Shown: piece after piece, positions 1 through 12,326 of the stretch | How the letters are laid out: every line of letters begins with the position of its first letter | How positions within the stretch are numbered: position 1 is the first letter of the stretch | Assembly: GCF_006345805.1 (NCBI RefSeq) | Contig: NC_042997.1 | Location: forward strand, 194,680,001-194,744,000 | Reading direction: 5' to 3' | Source of the DNA: Octopus sinensis | Taxonomy: Eukaryota | Length of the DNA: 64,000 nt | The notes under the pieces: model-generated | What the model saw: the letters and a program-made list of their open reading frames with translations, nothing else | The model's database searches: none | Told to the model about the DNA's origin: nothing | Translations under genes and position numbers: made by a program

Positions 1-1142
1 TAATGTTCTAAAAAGATTTTGATAAATTGAAATTATGCAGAAGCCCTACATGATGGTGCGCAAGAATGTGTGCACATGCACATATCTTTCACTGATGTAC
101 ATCAGTGTCATCATCATCATCATCATCCACTTTCCATGCTAGCATGGGTTTGACGGTTCAACTGGGGTCTGGGAAGCCTGAAGGCTGCACCAGGCCCAGT
201 CTGATCTGGCAGTGTTTCTACAGCTGGATGCCCTTCCTAACGCCAACCACTCCATGAGAGTAGTGGGTGCTTTTTACGTGCCACCCGCACAGTGTAAATA
301 TAAAAAACCCTAATTAGCCTGCTGGAGGCCTGTAATTCACGATGCTAATGTTCTCAAACTGCATTACCTTTTACTTGTGTTTCAATCATTAGGCTGCAGC
401 CATACTAGGAGATTGCCTTGAAGGGTTTTCATCACATTAACCCCAGCCAGTCATCATTTTAACGTCCGTTTTCCATGCTGGCATGGGTCAGACGGTTGGG
501 AATGAGATCAGGAACAAGGACACTGCTTGCCTGACAGAGACATTCATTTACAATCATCATGCAACATTATGAAACATACATGAACATAGACAGAAGCTTC
601 TTTCAGTTTCCATCTACTAAATCCTCTCAAGCCTTTAGACACCAGGGTTACAGCACAAGAGACTTCTTTAAAATGCCACACAATGGGACTGAACTCAGAA
701 CTATGTAATTGGGAATCAGACTTACTACACAACTACACCAGCACCTATGAAAACAATCAACAATGGCATATCCAACCATCTATGGAATGTTTTGATTTTA
801 CACCTGAAGCCCTCTTAAAAAGGTTATCTCTATATAAACGGCAAAATGTCGCACAAACATACACACACACGACAGATGCACAAACATACACACACACACG
901 ACAGGCTTCTTTCAGTTTCCGTCCACCAAATCCACTCACAAGGCTTTGGTCGACCCGAGGCTATAGTAGAAGACACTCACCCAAGGTGTCATGCAGTGGG
1001 ACTGAACCCGGAACCACGTGGTTTGTAACAGGTGACCAGACCAATGAATTTTAGTTAGAGCTCAAAACAGTTAACAACAAACAAGATGAGGACAAATATC
1101 CGAATGTAAATAATGTTCTCTGTGTGTGTGTGTGTGTGTGTA

Positions 1143-1471
1143 TCCTTTATACAAATCCACAATTTTTCAGTTAGAGGGCTCGCACTTTCTATGGTCATTC
1201 AAAACCGTCCAAGGGTGGTCGTGCACATCTTTACATTTCCCCAGTCACCCCACAAAGCCATTAAAAAAAAATCAATAGAAGTGACTTTTTTGTGAATTTT
1301 CTATCCAAAACCCAATCAAAATGCCCGAAACTTGATACGCCAATTGAATGCCAGCTAGCTGTATGTGATTGGTTGGAGATTTGGATAGTACTCGCATGTA
1401 TGTGCGCACGCACACAGCTGTATATGCATGCACTAGCAATATGACCTGGCAACGCCGGGTCATAGTGCTAG
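1143..1471 (+). mobile_element. Probable non-autonomous Helitron in a KIF22 intron
   Basis: a|tc at 1143; hairpin acctggcaacgccgggt followed by ctag|t at 1468-1472. Confidence 0.55.
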
Positions 1472-1504
1472 TTCATAAATGTAATTCTTGAAAATCATGT
1501 TTAC

Positions 1505-1549
1505 CTGTAAAAGTCTTGTAAGTTTACTGTCTCGATAGGGTATCCTTTT
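1505..1549 (-). CDS. KIF22: KIF22-like 45-nt exon, microtubule-binding L12/alpha5; gene continues left of the window
   Basis: ttttcag|KRIPYRDSKLTRLLQ|gtaaac. Too short for the ORF track. The expected next exon (DSLGG...) was not found in 1-1504. Confidence 0.93.
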
Positions 1550-1670
1550 CTGAAAAAAAAATAAAGATTGGGATACAATGAGAAAATGAAAATACAATAA
1601 AGTAAAATATTTTTATTTAAAAAAAAATAATTTTCTTTACCTCATTTGTGATTTGAAAATTTTGATCCCT

Positions 1671-2024
1671 TACTCTTTTACTCGTTTCAGTTATATGACT
1701 ATGGCCATGCTGGAGCAACGCCTTTAGTCGAGCAAATTGACCCCAGGACTTATTCTATTCATCTCTTTTGCCGAACTGCTAAGTTACGGGGACGTAAACA
1801 CACCAGCATCGGTTGTCAAATGATGTTGGGGAACAAACAGACACACAAACATACACGCGCACACACATGTACGTACGCACGTACACAGGCGCACACACGA
1901 CAGGCTTCTTTCAGTTATTGTCCACCAAATCCACTCTCAAGGCTTTTGTTGGCCCGAGGCTATAGTAGAAGACACTTGCCCAAGGTGCCACGCAGTGGGA
2001 CTGAACCCGGAACCATGTGGTTCA
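1671..2024 (-). mobile_element. SINE family 1, 5'-truncated
   Basis: Reverse complement of 2668-3047. Confidence 0.85.
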
Positions 2025-2399
2025 TAACAGGTGACCAGCCCAATGAATTTTAGTTAGAAGACAGTTAATATTCAGGGGTTGAAGATCAACGCTATAATGC
2101 TGATCATAGATGTATTGTATATCCCCAAGGATATACTATATGAGGTATATGGTGGATGATCAATGGGGTACATGGTGCTACATAAAAAGCACCCAGTAAA
2201 CACACTAGAGTGGGTGGCATTAGAAAGTGCATCCAGCTGTAGAAACCAGACCAAAACAATGGAACCTGATGTGGCCCCTGGTCTTGCCAACTTCTGTCAA
2301 ACTGTTCAACCCATGCCATCATGGAAAACAAACATTAAGTGGTGATGACAAATGTAACAAATGCAAAACCATAAATAATCAAAGTTAGCTCTAACCTAC

Positions 2400-2475
2400 C
2401 TGACGTCTTCGAATGGCATCGACAACTTCATGGAGGACAAATAAAGATTTGTTGATGCATGAGCTTTCTCGCATC
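2400..2475 (-). CDS. KIF22: KIF22-like exon, helix alpha4
   Basis: tttcag|g MRESSCINKSLFVLHEVVDAIRRRQ|gtaggt; 76 nt; matches the ES..IN.SLFVL..VVDA pattern. Confidence 0.92.
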
Positions 2476-2667
2476 CTGAAAATGAAATTTAAAAAAAAAA
2501 AACAAAAAGTGATCACAAACAAAATTTTCCAATCGAAATATTTTATATTTCTCTGAATAAAACAAAAATAAAAAACATCCGTTTTATTTTCAGTTTGAAA
2601 TTTCAAGTTAATGAAACTGAGGGCTTCATAAACCAAAAGCTGTTAGAGAACTATCATAAAAAAAATA

Positions 2668-3047
2668 GGCGCAGGAGTGGCTGTGTGGTAAGTAGCTTGC
2701 TAACCAACCACATGGTTCTGGGTTCAGTCCCACTGCGTGGCATCTTGGGCAAGTGTCTTCTGCTATAGCCCCGAGCCGACCAATGCCTTGTGAGTAGATT
2801 TGGTAGACGGAATCCGAAAGAAGCCTGTCGTATATATGTATATGTATGTGTGTCTGTGTTTGTACCCCTAGCATTGCTTGACAACCGATGCTGGTGTGTT
2901 TATGTCCCCATCACTTAGCAGTTTGGCAAAAGAGACCGATAGAATAAGTACTGGGCTTACAAAGAATAAGTCCTGGGGTCGAGTTGCTCGACTAAAGTCG
3001 GTGCTCCAGCATGGCCGCAGTCAAATGACTGAAACATGTAAAAGAGT
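2668..3047 (+). mobile_element. SINE family 1 (tRNA head, central (TA)n(TG)n, gtaaaagag tail); most abundant repeat, more than 20 whole or partial copies
   Basis: Head ggcgcaggagtggctgtgtggtaagtagcttg with B-box-like ggttcagtccc; recurs on both strands throughout the window. Confidence 0.88.
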
Positions 3048-3407
3048 AAATCAGTCTTAGCTTCAGATGAAAATGTCACCTGAAAGTTTTGGCTGCTATT
3101 TCTAACACACTGAACAACTGTAAATAACAGACATAGGCAACATTTTAAGGCCACCAGAGGTAAGTTGCACCAATAACAATTTTAAAAAAGGTCAGCCTTC
3201 ATCCAGTAAATCTAATGTAACCATAACTATCACATTTTTATTCAGATATAGTATACCGAATAAAATAAAATCCAGGATCTGAGAAAACAGGTGGTTGTCT
3301 GCAAAAATTAGAAAATTCATTGTAGAAACCAAAGTAGACACCAGAGCTCTAACAAATCAGCTCTTCTGAAATTGTCCCAACCATGGCAGTATGGAAAACA
3401 TGTTTAA

Positions 3408-3626
3408 CCCTTTAGCATTCAGATTATTCTATCAAACATAATGCTTATTGATTCCCATTGATTTGAATTAATCATGCATTATCTCATATCTTCAAGATGT
3501 TGATGGTGTAATTACTTAACGTAGAATAACATTGTAGGGTAGGTGTGAAAGCCTGGATCTGGTCAGTTTGAACATAAAACACATTAACTATTTTGGTCGG
3601 ATATGGCCGGTTTAAATACTAAAGGG
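3408..3626. mobile_element. piggyBac-like MITE
   Basis: TTAA|CCCTTTAG...CTAAAGGG|TTAA; same family at 7262-7472 and 8049-8264. Confidence 0.8.
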
Positions 3627-3675
3627 TTAAAACAATAAACACTGGCAGAAAATATCCATTTTACCTAATCCATTT

Positions 3676-4015
3676 CAACCATTAGACTGCAACCATGCTG
3701 GAGCACCACCTTAAATTTTTAGTCGAATGAATGGAGCCCAGGTTTTTCCCCCCTTTATATTCTACACCCCATACTTATTTAGTTTCTTGCCGAACCACTA
3801 AGTTACAGGGATGTAAACAGACCAACACTGGTTGTCAAGTCAGGACAAACAGACATACACGATGGGCTTTCAGTTTTCATCTACCAAATCAACCCACAAG
3901 GCTTTGGTTAGCCCAAGGCTATAGAAGACACTTGGTCAGAGTACCATGCAGTGGAAGTGAACCCAGAACTACATGGTTGAGAAGCAAGCTTCTTACCACA
4001 CAGCCACAACTGTGC
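3676..4015 (-). mobile_element. SINE family 1, diverged
   Basis: Similarity to family 1 on the minus strand. Confidence 0.75.
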
Positions 4016-4048
4016 CCATGATGACGAATATAATGAAAGAACCCTCAC

Positions 4049-4222
4049 CTCAAGCCTTTATTTCCAGATAATTTGTTATTCTCAGAGCCAGCCAAATCAA
4101 CAAACTGTATTTTACTAACACTGGTCCTAAATGGTGAACACACTTGGGTTTTCTCAATAATTACCATCAAAATGGTATGACTGCGACTGGAATGGCTATT
4201 CAAGTTGCTGGAAACAGTGGTT
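4049..4222 (-). CDS. KIF22: KIF22-like exon, switch I and switch II
   Basis: cttcag|a TTVSSNLNSHSSRSHTILMVIIEKTQVCSPFRTSVSKIQFVDLAGSENNKLSGNKGL ag|gtgagg. SSRSH and DLAGSE are intact; SPFR and GNKGLR are KIF22-like. Confidence 0.94.
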
Positions 4223-5102
4223 CTGAAGAAAAGAAAGCGCAAATATCTTTGAAAGTCATGAAACTAAAAACTTCAGAAGAAAATCTCTTATGAGAAAGCA
4301 AAAGAAAACGTTATTTCGCTTGTCAACAAATCACCTTGAAAATTTGAAAAATCAATCTAATCAATAAAGTGAAGGCAAACGTTGATACAAATTGGATTTT
4401 CATGTAAAAAGAGGTCTAAATGGGGCTGAAAGGGAATTAAAATTTACAGGAGGGGGTAACTTGGTGAGAAATTGATTGGTTGCTTTGGTGTGAAAACGGG
4501 GATTTTATTGATTTTGGGGGACACTTGGGGGGTCTAGATTAGACACCTTTGGCCCAATTTTTAAACATGGTAAAGTGGAAGCAGATTTGTAATTTAAATG
4601 CAGAAAATGGGTTCGAAATTTCGAAAATTAAGGCAAGATTTTTGAAGTTGAAAAAAAAAGATCTTTTTTTTAACATTTTTGCCTTTTATTTTTTATTGTT
4701 TACAGTTTTCATTTTTTCTGAAAGAAATTTACAGCTGCATGTGGCCCGTGTTTAGAGGTTTCATTTGCACAGTCAATCGTTGAAAAATTCCCAAAATAAG
4801 TACTAAATTTAACAAAGAAATCCTTTTTTCCCTTATTTTTAATCACTCAAATAGTGGCACGTACAAAAGGCAAGTGTGCTTTCTGTTGTCACTGCTTGAT
4901 ATTTATGATTGATCTTTCAAAATATTTTCTCTCAACTTACTCAAGATCATTTGTCTTTTTATAAACGGGAGAGAGATAAAAATAGAGAGTAAGAGAGTGG
5001 GAAAGTAAGAGAAAAAGGAAAGAGAAACAAAGAGTGAGAATGTGTCAATAACAGAAAGTAACAACCACACCCTCACATAGAGTGGGTCACCTTAAGCTTG
5101 TC

Positions 5103-5133
<31 letters not shown>

Positions 5134-5154
5134 ATGGAGAAATTCATAAAATAC

Positions 5155-5300
5155 CTTTGTGACATGGCAGGCAGGAATATGGATTCAAATTCCTCATAGG
5201 AAGCTATGTCTTTCACAGTAAGGCCATGAACTATGATGTTCTTGTTGGTATCTTCCCAGATTTGCAGATCAGATTTACGTACAAGCAACAAGTCTATCAA
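5155..5300 (-). CDS. KIF22: KIF22-like exon, motor core
   Basis: ttttag|LIDLLLVRKSDLQIWEDTNKNIIVHGLTVKDIASYEEFESIFLPAMSQ ag|gtattt; 146 nt. The FE..FLPA..R pattern recalls KIF22/Kid. Confidence 0.92.
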
Positions 5301-6759
5301 CTAAAACAAAAAGGCCAGCTGTTACTGATACCATCACATTACTGTAGTAGTAGTAGTAATAAAAATAATAAAAAATAAATAACACTACACTCTCAGAGTG
5401 GTTGGCGTTAGGAAGGACATCCAGCTGTAGAAACTCTGCCAAATCAAGACTGGAGCCTGGTGCAGCCATCTGGTTCGCCAGCCCTCAGTCAAAATCGTCC
5501 AACCCATGCTAGCATGGAAAGCGGACGTTAAACGATGATGAGGATGAATAAATAAATAATAATAAATAATACACTTAGCGGTTCGGCAAAAGAGACCGAT
5601 AGAATAAGTACTGGGCTTACAAAGAATAAGTCCTGGGGTCGATTTGCTCGACGAAAGGCGGTGCTCCAGCATGGCCGCAGTCAAATGACTGAAACAAGTA
5701 AAAGAGAGTAAAAGAGAAAAAGAGAGACACTGTCTCATGGCTCCTGATCTTAACTGACTGGAAGTGTTATCATGTACATTATTTTGTCTTGGTATAAAAG
5801 ATGGGCTACAGCAAATATTCTGCTCAATACCACAGATTTGCTTGTCAGTTGTTTGACCTTAACCAGTTGAGCATGTCCCTTAGTGGCTGACGATATTTGC
5901 ATCTCTGATCACGAGCAGAAGTAGTGGGGGAGCATCATAGCCATGTGTTGAGAGGGATTCTTTGGGGTTTGAATAATTCACCTTTGGAAACATGGGTGGT
6001 TCGTTCGACATCCTTAAACAATCCTTATTCAGGGACCTTTTGAGCGGGATGGGCTATTCAACCAGAAGAAAATTCTAACTGGGCCCCACCTGCAAGGTCA
6101 TGCGCTGCTTATCTTGATATGGGATCACCATGTCGCGCACATATGGTTGTGATGCATGTGCCTGGTGTACCCTTATCAGACGAGTAGTCATGATGGGTAT
6201 ACTGGGCTCTGTATATTTTACCCCAGTGTCACTTTGATGGCATGCACTGCTCTCTCACTCAATAATAATAATAATTAGTAGTAGTAGTGGTGGTGGTAGT
6301 GACAAGGTGGTGAGCTGGCAGAATCATTAGCATGCCAGACAAAATGCTTAGTGGCATCTTGTCCGACTTTACAGCCCAAGTTCAAATTTGCCTTTCACCA
6401 TTTCAAGGTTGATAAATTAAGAACCTGTCAAGTACTGGTGGTCGATGTAATTGACTAGACCACACCCCCAAAATTTCAGGCCTCGTGCCTATAGGAGACC
6501 AGATTATTTCTTCTAGTAGTAGGACGAGATGAATGTTAAACATCCATTGTCCATACTGGCAGGGGTTGGAAGAGTTATGTTAAAAAAAAAAAAAATCAAT
6601 AATTATAATTTGGAAGATGAATAAAAAATAAAAGGAAAATATAGAAAATTAAGGAAAACATTTAGAATCATAACCAGAGACACACGGCAAAAGAAATTGG
6701 AAGGGAAATGCCAGGAATTCACGAAAATAAGTGAATGTATATGATTAGCCATCACTTGC

Positions 6760-7032
6760 AAGCAAGTTTTTTTCACGCTGAGAGTTGCTGAAGCGTGGAA
6801 CAAACTGCCGGCATCGGTTGTTAGTTGTCGGAGCACTGCATCCTTCAAGACTTCCATGCTTCCTGAGATTCGCCAACACTACACTTGATTTTCTCCCCTC
6901 CATACACACACAAGCATGTTCACTTTCCAGACATTTCTACATTACTGCATGTACTTTATATGCACTTTCTGACAAGTTGTGGTGCACCTGAGCACTGTAT
7001 ACAATAATTTCATTATTATATATTATTATTAT
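6760..7032 (+). mobile_element. CR1-like LINE 3' end with (ATT)n tail
   Basis: FFTLRVAEAWNKLPASVVSCRSTASFKTSML, then 3'UTR and attattat tail. Confidence 0.75.
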
Positions 7033-7261
7033 AATTTGTGCAATGTTTTGTTTAGATGTCTGGTCACCCTTGACCTTTTTTGCCGTTGACCCAACAGAAT
7101 ATTAAGGTTGTGTCAAATGGAGATTCGCAAGAGAGTGGCATTATCACTGTTACAAATGAGTCAACTGTAGCAACATGAAATGTAGTGTCTTACTCTAAGA
7201 CAATGTACTAGGAATCAAACCCACAACCTTATGAACGTGAACCTAAAAGCCTAACCATTAA

Positions 7262-7472
7262 CCCTTTACACCGGCCATATCCAGCCCAAATATTCTACCT
7301 GTTCTATGTTCAAACTGGCCGGATCTGGCTTTGCACACTCATTCTACAACGTCATTTTAAAAATAAGCAACTACATCCTCAAAATTTTAATGCTACGTCT
7401 TTGCATGATTAATTCAAAGCAATTTGATTACATAAGCATTACGTTTGACAGAATAATCTGAATACTAAAGGG
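7262..7472. mobile_element. piggyBac-like MITE
   Basis: TTAA|CCCTTTA...TAAAGGG|TTAA. Confidence 0.78.
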
Positions 7473-7590
7473 TTAAGCCACATCCCCTCACACTACAAGT
7501 GGGGAAAACTGGGGGTGGGAGATGTGAAAGATGAAAGGCTGTCCATTTTGAAGAAAATCAGTAGACAATATAATTGGAGGAAGAGAAAAG

Positions 7591-8003
7591 GGATCTTTTC
7601 GGTTTGAACAGCAGTTTTTTCTAGCGGTGTCATGAAATTGTCACCCATAATTATGACCTTAGTATCGATCTATTGCATTTCAATCTGTTTTAGGGTTAGG
7701 GGTTGGGGGGAAGGGTATCTTTTTTTCTTCAGAAATGTAAATAAACCCAATCTGTTTCTTAAACGAAGGACATATTCATACGGCACAGAATGTTTTTTAA
7801 CTCAATAGACGTCAGTGATTGGTTGAAATTGCAGGAATTGAAGAAAAAAAACAACAAATCCCTTACAAACTGTAGAATTTTCTCAATAAAGCCAAGAGAA
7901 AAAGATGTTTTATAAACACATTCTACCAGTATACAAAGTTTAAAATTTTTTTTTAGTTACCTAGAAATTATGTTAAAAACTGCCATTCAAACCAAAAAGA
8001 TCC
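7591..8003. mobile_element. GGATC-family MITE (Merlin-like)
   Basis: Same TIRs; TSD gagaaaag/aagaaaag (7 of 8). Confidence 0.82.
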
Positions 8004-8048
8004 AAGAAAAGATATACTCCATACTTAATTGTCCTATGAGGTGTTTAA

Positions 8049-8264
8049 CCCTTTAGTGTTTAAACTGGCCAAATCCAGCCCAATATATTCTACATGTTTT
8101 ATATTCAAACAGGCAATATCTAGCATCTCACACCTAACCTACAATGCCATTCTGAAAAACAATCACATCATTGAAATCTCAAAGCTATAACAATGCTTGA
8201 TTAATTCAAAATAATTTGAGTGAAAAAGTATTACATTTAACAGAGTAATCTGAACACTAAAGGG
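8049..8264. mobile_element. piggyBac-like MITE
   Basis: TTAA|CCCTTTAG...CTAAAGGG|TTAA. Confidence 0.78.
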
Positions 8265-8278
8265 TTAATGTTAATAGA

Positions 8279-8641
8279 GTGGAAGCGCAATGGCCCAGTG
8301 GTTAGGGCAGCGGACTCGCGGTTTCGATTCCCAGACCGGGCGTTGTGAGTGTTTATTGAGCGAAAACACCTAACGCTCCACGAGTTTCCGGCAGGGATTG
8401 TGGTGATCCCTGCTGTACTCTTTCACCACAACTTTCTCTCACTCTTTCTTCCTGTTTCTGTTGTACCTGTATTTCAAAGGGCCGGCCTTGTCACTCACTG
8501 TGTCACGCTGAATATCCCCGAGAACTACGTTAAGGGTATGTGTCTGTGAAGTGCTCAGCCACTTACACGTTAATTTCACAAGCAGGCTGTTCCATTGATC
8601 GGATCAACCGGAACCCTCGTCGTAACCGACGGAGTGCTTCC
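8279..8641 (+). mobile_element. SINE family 3 (tRNA head), tail type A
   Basis: A box tggcccagtgg, B box ggtttcgattccc; TSD aatgttaataga. Confidence 0.85.
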
Positions 8642-8710
8642 AATGTTAATAGAACAATATTGGAGAAGAAAATATAATGTAAAGAAAAAAGAAAAAAGAA
8701 ACAAAAATAC

Positions 8711-8859
8711 CTTTTCATTATAAATCTCTAAAAATGACAATTTCATTTTATAAGTATGCATTTCATTTGTAGCAGTTTCAACGGTCTGGAATAAATCCCT
8801 TAATGCTTGTGGTACAATTCCTGGATTATCACTGGTTCCGATCATTGTATAGGTTTTTC
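8711..8859 (-). CDS. KIF22: KIF22-like exon, P-loop GKT to LEIYNEK
   Basis: tttcag|ga KTYTMIGTSDNPGIVPQALRDLFQTVETATNEMHTYKMKLSFLEIYNEK|gtattt; 149 nt. Completes the P-loop GATGTGKT. Confidence 0.93.
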
Positions 8860-8955
8860 CTGAAAAGGATAAATCAAAACCCAGTGGTGAGACTTACAAT
8901 ATTTCAAATAATTAAAAAATGAAAAACCAATTTTTTTTAAAAAAAAGCTCTTTAC

Positions 8956-9083
8956 CTGTTCCTGTAGCTCCATATGCCAAAACTGACATATTTTCTCCAT
9001 TGAAGACTTTATCTAATTTAGGTGCCACGAAGGTTTTATAAACATCATCTTGGGTACTGTCAGCATCAAACACTGTAGTAAAC
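8956..9083 (-). CDS. KIF22: KIF22-like exon, motor domain up to the P-loop
   Basis: cctcag|g FTTVFDADSTQDDVYKTFVAPKLDKVFNGENMSVLAYGATGT g|gtaaag; 128 nt; phases match both neighbours. Confidence 0.92.
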
Positions 9084-9824
9084 CTGAGGAAAGGATGAAT
9101 AACACATTGAAGAAATTGAAAACAAGTTAATCAAGAATTAAACTGGAGGTTAAAAAGGAGATACATCATCATCATCGTTTAACATCCGTTCTCCATGCTA
9201 GCATGGGTTGGACGGTTCGACCGGGGAACTGGGAAGCCAGAAGGCTGCACCAGGCTCCAGTCTTATCTGGCAATGTTTCTACAGCTGGATGCTCTTCATA
9301 ACGCCAACCACTCCATGAGTGAAGTGGGTGCTTTTTACGTGCCACCTGCACAGGTGCCAGGCGAGGCTGGCAATGGCCATGGTCAGATTGGTGCATTTTA
9401 TGTGCCACCGGCACGGAAGCCAGTCGAGGCGGCACTGGCTTCAGCCAGTCAAAATAGAAAAACTGGTGCAGATTTCATTCAAAGTCCAGAAGCAGACAAA
9501 ATACAGGCAAGTGTTTAACAGAGTAAGAAGTAGGGTTGAGAAACTTAAAAGATTGAGATTCTGAAGTGGAATGTAGCACAAAGTCTTCAATAATCTGTCT
9601 TAATACCAACCCATCTGACACAGCCCCTAGTTCTACGATTCATCTACGATTGCTCCTTCATGCAAGCTCAGAAAATATCACCCAGTCTCATGAAGAAACA
9701 ATAGGGTTTGTCATCAACAGATTAGCAGAGATAGATAAAATAGAGACAAGAGATGTCATGGTTGGTACTCAATACCCAAAAAATAAAATAAATGCGCCCT
9801 TTTAAAGCCTAGAAAAAACAAACA

Positions 9825-10156
9825 AGAGTGGCTGTGGTAAGTAGCTAGCTTACCAACTACATAGTTCCGGGTTCAATCCCACTGCATGGCATCTTGGGCA
9901 AGTGTCTTCTACTATAGCCTCGGGCCGACCAAAGCCATGAGTGGATTTGGTAGACGGAAACTGAAAGAAGCCCATCGTATATGTTTGTGTGTCTGTGCTT
10001 GTCCCCCCCCCCCCACCACTATCGCTTGACAACCGATGCTGGTGTGTTTACGTCCCCTTAACTTAGGCAAAAAGACTGAGAATAAGTACTAGGCTTACAA
10101 AGAATAAGTCGGTGCTCCAACATGGCCGCAGTCAAATTACTGAAACAAGTAAAAGT
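9825..10156 (+). mobile_element. SINE family 1
   Basis: Family 1 head to tail. Confidence 0.8.
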
Positions 10157-10308
10157 GTAGGAGTACACAAGAACAAATGTACAACCCGTTAGCTTTCTCT
10201 TTCCACTTCAATACGTCAACTGACAGTTGACCACACTTGCTCACAGAAATTATCGAGTAGTGTGTTTATGGAATTCAAGTCAAAACAAAAGATCATTTTA
10301 ATACTCAC

Positions 10309-10460
10309 TTGTATTTGATATTCTGAGTATAGTCTCTATGATTCACGATTTCCAAGCTGTCTTTCTCACAAGTGATGCAGCAAGAATCTGCTTCAATAAA
10401 TTGGGGTCGCACTCGAACAGCAACCTCTACTCTATTCTGAAGTGCTGGTTTAGACTCCAT
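10309..10460 (-). CDS. KIF22: Kinesin-10/KIF22-like motor, first identifiable coding exon (exon acceptor at 10486)
   Basis: MESKPALQNRVEVAVRVRPQFIEADSCCITCEKDSLEIVNHRDYTQNIKY carries the motor N-terminal VAVRVRP motif. Acceptor ttttgcag, donor aa|gtgagt (phase 2). The frame is open up to the acceptor, so a more upstream start cannot be excluded. Confidence 0.85.
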
Positions 10461-10944
10461 AGTGCTGCTAGCCAGGAGATATTTACCTGCAAAACATAGA
10501 AGACAACATGTATGTTAACTTAAGAGAAAGAGGTTTTACAGATAGACACCGTGGTGCTATCTCGGAGCTATTTACCTGAAGAATATACATGTATGATCAT
10601 TCAATGTACTAGAAATAGCAGTCAAATCTCTCTCAAACCAAACACCCACCTTAAGTGTGATCTACGATTCCCTGCGCCTGACAGAGGCAACATCTGATCA
10701 CAAACCTGTAACCACTCAGGATTAACCAGGTACTAAACAACGATTGCTAGTTTTCATTTAAAAGGTTTGGATTCTCCATATAAAACTATGAAAAATAAAT
10801 TACGATAAAGAGTGAAAATTTTGGGATCCGGTGGTGAGGTTATGAAACACCTTATAAACCCTCACCCACTAATTTTTTTTTCAGAATTAATTTATGGGTA
10901 ATTGTTTAGTTTACGTTTGTAAATATTCTACACGTTGGAATATG

Positions 10945-11600
10945 GGATCTTTTCCTTTTGAATGGCAGTTTTCAATACAATTTCTAGTTAACTCAACACT
11001 TTTAAACTTCGTATACTCTTGGCTTTGAGAAAATTGTAATTTGTTTAACGTAGTTTAATTTTTCGAATTTTAACCAATCAATCGCCTCTATTGAGCTAAA
11101 ATCATTTGCTGCGTCTAAAACTGAGACAACATTCTGTCACTGTTGTGTTTAAGTACGGAAAGCATGTGTATAAAATTATAGAATTATTTTGTTTGTTAAT
11201 TGTTTAAATTATTTTCCATTGCTTTCGTTTTAGCCTTTCGTTTTTTCCTTTTCTTAATCAATGGAAAATAGTTTAAACAATACACGTGTATCTCAAAACA
11301 AAAACAAAGCAAATAATTTTAGACACGCGTAACAATTAAATTAATTTAACAATTAAGAAAAAAAAGGCTAAAATTTAGGGTTAGGGTTGGGGTGAGGGTC
11401 AGTGACAGGATGTCTGTTTTAGACGCAGCAAATGATTTTAGCTAAATACAGGCCATCGATTGGTTAAAATTCGAAAAATTAAACTACGTCAAACTTACAA
11501 ATTACAATTTTCTCAAGAAAGCCAAGAGAAAAAAATGTTTTATTTTGACACATTCTACCAGTATACGAAGTTTTAAAGTGTTTAGTTAACTAGAATTATG
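10945..11600. mobile_element. Related MITE with long inverted arms, right end truncated
   Basis: Starts ggatcttttcc...gaatggcag; segments near 11060-11140 and 11400-11480 are reverse complements. Confidence 0.6.
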
Positions 11601-12326
11601 CAAGAATAAAATACAAATTGGCAGAATTATGGTTTAAGCATATCATAGCCTCACATTTTTGGGAGTTTCCAGAAAATTTTTGCGAATGTGTTCTCTTAAG
11701 TACTATTCTAGTACTAGATAAAGTACAAAGAATAAGTCTTGGGGTTGATTTGCTCGACTAAAGGTGGTGCTCCAGCATGGCCACAATCAAATGACTGAAA
11801 CAAGTACAAGAGTGAGAGAGAAGAGGTTCAGTTTCCCACCCCACCTTTTTCAAATCAAAATAAGTGGTTTGTGACACATGGTCAGGGTAGTTGATTCCAT
11901 CAGAAAAATTCAAAGCTTTCTCGGAAATTTCACAGACCCGGTTAATGCTTTCAATATTACCCAACAAAAAAACTAGTACAACAGGTGTAAAATTGTATGA
12001 AACGAATGAATAAATGCGCGCAAACCAACAGATGTAGGTGGGGTCACGGTTTTCAAAAATCGCACTTTCAAAATTTCAATTACCCCTCCTGGAATCTGGC
12101 TGCTTTTTTTTTTTTATTCTTTTGCGAAAACCGATGAAAAATAAGATTACAATTCAAGGCCAGATTTCCGTCGCCACCCCCGAAATGAACGCCTTTTTTA
12201 AAATTCTTTTTTTCGACACAAAACTCCCTTTTCGGCTACGGGGAATATGAATCTGCAAAAAATGGCAAAAATCGATATTTTTAATTTACCACCCCCCATT
12301 TCCTTCATTTTATTATAATCGAACTA

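Noticed and set aside
683-1054. 123-aa ORF and the many similar ORFs containing RRASFSFRLPNPLTRLWSARGYSRRHLPK
   Set aside because: These are reading frames through SINE family 1; the same peptide recurs at every copy.
1-1504. Next KIF22 exon (expected DSLGG...)
   Set aside because: No matching frame found by eye; presumed to lie left of the window.
5880-5930. CUGACGA possible hammerhead
   Set aside because: No GAAA after a closed stem II and no convincing stem I or III.
8279-8345. tRNA genes at SINE heads
   Set aside because: A and B boxes are present but no full cloverleaf or acceptor stem, and they continue into SINE bodies with TSDs.
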